Virus genome (UHGV): UHGV-0127428 | Length of the DNA: 30,373 bases | DNA from: a virus | Reading direction: 5' to 3' (one strand) | Shown here: piece by piece, positions 26,515 to 30,373 of the stretch | Layout: every line of letters begins with the position of its first letter | How positions within the stretch are numbered: position 1 is the stretch's first letter | Notes under the pieces: model-generated | What the model was told of the DNA's origin: nothing | The model's database searches: none | What the model saw: the letters and a program-made list of their open reading frames with translations, nothing else | Translations under genes and position numbers: made by a program

Positions 26515-27270
26515 ATGATTCACTATCACGGTGGGCCTATTACTCCGGATACGTGCGCCATGAGAGCATGGAAAGGGCGACATGCGTTTATCAGTTTTGC
26601 GCATTCAGGCCAGATCAATCTCGCGGCTGAATACTGTCAGTCGTTCGCGCTGGACAACGGTGCATTCACCGCCTGGAAAGCAGCTGGCAAAAACAAAATC
26701 GACTGGAGCGATTACTACGAGTTTGTTGCTCGCTGGAAGAATCACCCAGGATTCGATTTTGCCATTATCCCGGATGTTATTGATGGCGGAGAGGAGAAAA
26801 ATGATGCGCTTCTGAATGAGTGGCCTCACGGAAAACTAGCTGGCGTTCCAGTGTGGCACATGAATGAAAGTGACGAGCGATTTATTCATTTGTGCAATCA
26901 GTTTCCGCGAGTGGCTATCGGTAGTTGTGGCGACTATGACGTAAAGCGCCCAACTCTTGCGGTAGCCAGAATGAAAGACCTGATTCGTCACATTGTTGAT
27001 GAGTATGGTCAGCCGGTTACGAAACTACATGGATTGCGCATGTTAAATCCGCAGATATTCACAAAATTACCCTTAGCCAGCGCAGATAGTACGAACGTCG
27101 CTCGAAACATCGGTATTGATAAAACCTGGTCTGGGGCTTATGCACCTGCAAGTAAAGAGACACGCGCAGCATTAATGGTAGAACGGATTGAGGCACACAA
27201 TAGCCCTGGTTCTCTTGCGTATTGTGAACAACGCGACCGCTTTGAAATGCAATTGCAACTAGCAGTTTAA
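26515..27270 (+). CDS. TGT-superfamily (DpdA-like DNA/tRNA-guanine transglycosylase-like) protein candidate
   Basis: Start at the ATG at 26515 with aaaggagag SD. The spacing H-x6-P (HGLRMLNP) ... D (ASADS) ... ARN-x-G (NVARNIG) parallels the TGT segment HLFGVGRP...DMFDCV...PTRNARNG as I recall it; FALDNGAF resembles the DSGGFQ substrate motif. No zinc-binding CxCxxC motif. Confidence 0.4.
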   Translation: MIHYHGGPITPDTCAMRAWKGRHAFISFAHSGQINLAAEYCQSFALDNGAFTAWKAAGKNKIDWSDYYEFVARWKNHPGFDFAIIPDVIDGGEEKNDALLNEWPHGKLAGVPVWHMNESDERFIHLCNQFPRVAIGSCGDYDVKRPTLAVARMKDLIRHIVDEYGQPVTKLHGLRMLNPQIFTKLPLASADSTNVARNIGIDKTWSGAYAPASKETRAALMVERIEAHNSPGSLAYCEQRDRFEMQLQLAV

Positions 27271-27280
27271 GGACTAACAA

Positions 27281-28132
27281 ATGACCACTATTACCAAAGA
27301 ACGTATTGAATTGTTCATTAAAAATCCGCTTGAAAACGGGCTTACTCGTGGCGAACAAATGGAACTGGCACGAATTGCACTGGCATCACTGGGAGCCGAG
27401 CCTGTTCTGTATCAGTCCTGCACTCGCCCCACCTGGAATAGCGGTGTTCCGTGGACGGAATGGAAAGAACGAAGTCGTGAGTGCTACGAAGACGATTTGC
27501 GCTTTACAGACACGCCTGACCATGCCGGTTGGATATACAAATGTCGAAAACTATATACCACTCCGCCAGCGCCGATAGCGTTAGAGGCCATTGAAAACGC
27601 AATTGAATACATCCGCAGTATCGCTTTTCACATCGATGAAGACGATTACCACGGCAAACATATTGCGTATTTCATGCAGCAAGCATTGGCCTGGCTGGAA
27701 GGGCATTCATGCAGCGACGACAGACAGGGCAAAGCCGAGAATCAACCAGTACGCGGCAACCAGGCTGCCGAATCCAATCGCGGTAATGAGTGGACTGGCA
27801 ATCCTGATATTGATAACGCCATCATCATGCTCGACCGCATAGATACGCTGGAAAATTGCGATGATGACCGTATTGAAGCTGTTAAGGCTGTTTTGCGTAG
27901 ACTGGCTGGCAACTATCCGGTAACTCCGGATGGTTGGATAAGCTGTAGTGATCGAATGCCGGAAGACACCAAAATGTTACTGGCATTTAGTCAAGGTGAA
28001 ATCGTGGCCGTATATTGGAACTGGGTTGTAAATCCAATTGATTACAAAAAATATAGAGCTTTCACGTATTTATCAGGAAATATCTTGGATGACGTAACTC
28101 ACTGGATACCGCTACCAGAGCCTCCACTTTGA
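27281..28132 (+). CDS. DUF551-domain protein
   Basis: The C-terminal ...VTHWIPLPEPPL matches the W-x-PLPEPP ending typical of DUF551 prophage proteins. Confidence 0.55.
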   Translation: MTTITKERIELFIKNPLENGLTRGEQMELARIALASLGAEPVLYQSCTRPTWNSGVPWTEWKERSRECYEDDLRFTDTPDHAGWIYKCRKLYTTPPAPIALEAIENAIEYIRSIAFHIDEDDYHGKHIAYFMQQALAWLEGHSCSDDRQGKAENQPVRGNQAAESNRGNEWTGNPDIDNAIIMLDRIDTLENCDDDRIEAVKAVLRRLAGNYPVTPDGWISCSDRMPEDTKMLLAFSQGEIVAVYWNWVVNPIDYKKYRAFTYLSGNILDDVTHWIPLPEPPL

Positions 28133-28228
28133 AAGCGAAGCTTATACATATCTTTTACATCAGCAATCTATTGTTAATCTCCAATCAATGTTACGTTGTC
28201 ATCTCACTCATGCTTTGGAGGTAGTGAT

Positions 28229-28408
28229 ATGTCTTGTCCAAAATGCGGTTCTGGAAATATTGCAAAAGAAAAAACAATGCGTGGATGGTCTGGTGATTAT
28301 GTGTGCTGCGATTGCGGATACAACGACTCTAAAGACGCATTTGGAGAGCGTGGTAAAAACGAGTTTGTCAAAATTAATAAAGAACGCGAAGGCAACGAAA
28401 AAAGCTAA
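28229..28408 (+). CDS. small zinc-ribbon protein (59 aa)
   Basis: MSCPKCGSG...CCDCGYND carries two CxxC pairs; ggagg SD 7 nt upstream of the ATG. Confidence 0.4.
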   Translation: MSCPKCGSGNIAKEKTMRGWSGDYVCCDCGYNDSKDAFGERGKNEFVKINKEREGNEKS

Positions 28409-28469
28409 TTTATTTATTCATATATGAAAACAATGTAACCAATATTCGATTTGAAGAACTGAAAGAACA

Positions 28470-28497
28470 CCAAGCCGCCTGATGGCGGTTTTTTATT
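28470..28497 (+). terminator. rho-independent terminator-like hairpin
   Basis: gccgcc tgat ggcggt stem followed by tttttatt. Confidence 0.45.
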
Positions 28498-28508
28498 GGA
28501 GACAAGAA

Positions 28509-28853
28509 ATGTCAGATTTGGCTATGAAGGTTTTGAAATGGCAATCGACTGGCGATGTCGGCATCAGTAGCGCAACTCTTGCCTCAATCGCATGTGGCCT
28601 GAAAAAGAATATCTATGGTCATCACTTCGGCGCTCCACATGATGCAGCCGATTTCCGGCGATGCGTTGCACTTGTTGAGCAGATTCCAGAAATCAGAGAT
28701 TCATTCGACAAGGTTGCAAAGCGCGTTCCGGCATTCAAAGGCATCCTCAACGAATGGGATTCGCTCGTTGCTCTGTTGAAGTCTGAAATGAAGATACACG
28801 AAAACAAAGCACCAGAGACTTACAGAAGAATTAGCGAGCTACGCAAGGACTAA
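28509..28853 (+). CDS. hypothetical protein (114 aa)
   Basis: ATG with ggag SD just after the terminator; the tool's longer alternative start lies inside the hairpin. Confidence 0.45.
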   Translation: MSDLAMKVLKWQSTGDVGISSATLASIACGLKKNIYGHHFGAPHDAADFRRCVALVEQIPEIRDSFDKVAKRVPAFKGILNEWDSLVALLKSEMKIHENKAPETYRRISELRKD

Positions 28854-28925
28854 CGCCTCACACTCGATGAGGCCTGTTCATTTCTCAAGATATCCAGACC
28901 TACCGCAATAATACCAACTCAATAA
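28854..28925 (+). pseudogene. remnant of the 5' end of a P22-type xis (no start codon)
   Basis: 28856-28903 is near-identical to 4516-4563 of the element A xis (cctcacactcgatgaggcctgt...ctcaagatatccagacc). It encodes [18 protein letters not shown] then diverges to a stop at 28923-28925. Confidence 0.55.
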
Positions 28926-28938
28926 ATGGAGATTCCAA

Positions 28939-29286
28939 GTGGAAGAAGAAATCTTCACTCGTGAAGAGGCAGCATCGTATCTGAAGGTAGACAAAGGCAC
29001 TATCACGCAGTGGATACGAAGTGGACGACTTCAGGCCGCAAAGATAAATCCAGATAAACCTAAAAGTCCATATCGCATTTGCAAGTCAGACTGCATTGCG
29101 GCGCTTAAGTCTGTGAGACACAATAGCGCGGTGAATGCGGTTGATGTGCAGGAGGTTAAAGCATGTCAATCAAACTACGCGGTGGCACGTGGCACTGTGA
29201 TTTCGTCGCGCCAGATGGATCAAGAGTTAGACGCTCTCTTGAAACATCGGACAAAAGGCAAGCGCAAGAACTTCACGATCGTCTGA
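28939..29286 (+). CDS. xis: excisionase (Xis), divergent paralogue of the element A Xis
   Basis: GTG start; TITQWIRSGRLQAAKINPDKPKSPY...CIAALKS parallels [25 protein letters not shown]...CIAALQS; overlaps the int start. Confidence 0.6.
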   Translation: MEEEIFTREEAASYLKVDKGTITQWIRSGRLQAAKINPDKPKSPYRICKSDCIAALKSVRHNSAVNAVDVQEVKACQSNYAVARGTVISSRQMDQELDALLKHRTKGKRKNFTIV

Positions 29287-30323
29287 AAGCAGAAGCGTGG
29301 AGAGTAAAAAATCTCGGGGAATCACCGAAAAAGCTATTCAAGGAAGCCTGCATACGGTGGCTGCGTGAGAAATCGGATAAGAAGTCCATTGATGATGACA
29401 AGAGCATTATATCGTTCTGGATGTTGCACTTCAGAGAAACCATTCTCTCTGACATAACAACAGAAAAAATAATGGAGGCGGTAGACGGGATGGAAAACCG
29501 CCGCCATCGCCTGAACTGGGAGATGAGCCGGGACAGGTGTTTGCGGCTTGGCAATCCAGTGCCGGAGTATAAACCAAAGCTGGCAAGTAAAGGAACGAAG
29601 ACGCGGCATCTGGCAATACTTCGCGCTATTCTCAATATGGCTGTTGAATGGGGATGGCTTGACAGGGCGCCCAAAATATCAACACCACGCGTTAAGAATG
29701 GACGAATCAGATGGCTTACAGAGGAGGAGTCGAAGCGCCTGTTTGCAGAAATTGCTCCTCATTTCTTCCCTGTGGTCATGTTTGCAATCACGACAGGCCT
29801 TCGCCGTTCCAACGTTACAGACCTTGAGTGGTCACAGGTCGATCTGGATAAGAAAATGGCATGGATGCACCCTGATGAAACAAAAGCTGGCAATGCGATC
29901 GGAGTTCCTCTTAACGAAACCGCATGCCAGATATTAAGAAAACAGCAGGGGCTCCATAAGAGATGGGTATTTGTCCACACCAAACCTGCCTACCGAAGCG
30001 ACGGAACAAAAACAGCAGCGGTAAGGAAGATGAGAACCGACAGCAACAAGGCATGGAAGGGAGCGTTAAAGCGGGCAGGCATTAGCAACTTCCGCTTCCA
30101 TGACCTGAGGCATACCTGGGCAAGCTGGCTGGTTCAGTCCGGTGTCTCTCTTCTTGCACTTAAAGAGATGGGAGGATGGGAAACTCTCGAAATGGTTCAA
30201 AGATACGCCCACCTTTCAGCCGGGCATCTCACCGAGCACGCGAGCAAAATCGATGCGATTATAAGTCGCAATGGCACAAATACGGCACAAGAGGAGAACG
30301 TAGTTTACTTAAATGTGAGGTAA
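29163..30323 (+). CDS. int: P22-family tyrosine integrase, second copy (diverged paralogue of the 4729-5892 integrase)
   Basis: 386 aa; [29 protein letters not shown]; stop lies 14 nt before the tRNA 3' end. Confidence 0.9.
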   Translation: MSIKLRGGTWHCDFVAPDGSRVRRSLETSDKRQAQELHDRLKAEAWRVKNLGESPKKLFKEACIRWLREKSDKKSIDDDKSIISFWMLHFRETILSDITTEKIMEAVDGMENRRHRLNWEMSRDRCLRLGNPVPEYKPKLASKGTKTRHLAILRAILNMAVEWGWLDRAPKISTPRVKNGRIRWLTEEESKRLFAEIAPHFFPVVMFAITTGLRRSNVTDLEWSQVDLDKKMAWMHPDETKAGNAIGVPLNETACQILRKQQGLHKRWVFVHTKPAYRSDGTKTAAVRKMRTDSNKAWKGALKRAGISNFRFHDLRHTWASWLVQSGVSLLALKEMGGWETLEMVQRYAHLSAGHLTEHASKIDAIISRNGTNTAQEENVVYLNVR

Positions 30324-30337
30324 CTTATTGATTTTAA

Positions 30338-30373
30338 TGGTGCCGATAATAGGAGTCGAACCTACGACCTTCG
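30338..30373 (-). tRNA. thrW: 3' portion of tRNA-Thr (thrW-type), cut by the window edge; att core copy 3
   Basis: The reverse complement of 30338-30373 equals the 3' 36 nt of tRNA-Thr(CGU) including the CCA end; preceded by the cttattgatttt flank. Whether the full gene continues beyond the window cannot be seen. Confidence 0.6.

Noticed and set aside
1-30373. CRISPR array, rRNA genes or IS elements with terminal inverted repeats
   Set aside because: No regularly spaced direct repeats with unique spacers were seen (the iterons at 15961-16096 are contiguous and variable), and no transposase-like ORFs or rRNA-like sequence were recognised.

Overview
This window looks like an enterobacterial integration hotspot at a tRNA-Thr (thrW-type) attachment site, carrying three tandem integrase-bearing elements separated by copies of the att core. 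Element A (1-5925) is a deleted lambdoid prophage remnant: lambda-like tail genes L-K-I on the minus strand abut a yfdP/Q/R/S/T-like early-left operon that ends in a P22-type xis-int pair. Element B (5926-18457) is the most unusual part: a compact, visibly AT-rich integrative element with its own tyrosine integrase, a plasmid-like Rep/iteron replicon, a serine recombinase, a minimal virion-like gene set (capsid-E-like, decoration-like, tape-measure-like) with no recognisable portal, terminase or protease, and several ORFans. Element C (18520-30337) is a second deleted P22-like remnant: a GT2 glycosyltransferase moron and a 5'-truncated tailspike are fused directly to the distal early-left operon (RecT, Gp157-like, a TGT/DpdA-like protein, DUF551, xis, int). 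The window ends inside the tRNA gene on the minus strand. No CRISPR array or rRNA was seen. All calls rest on reading the sequence and recalled family features; no database search was run.
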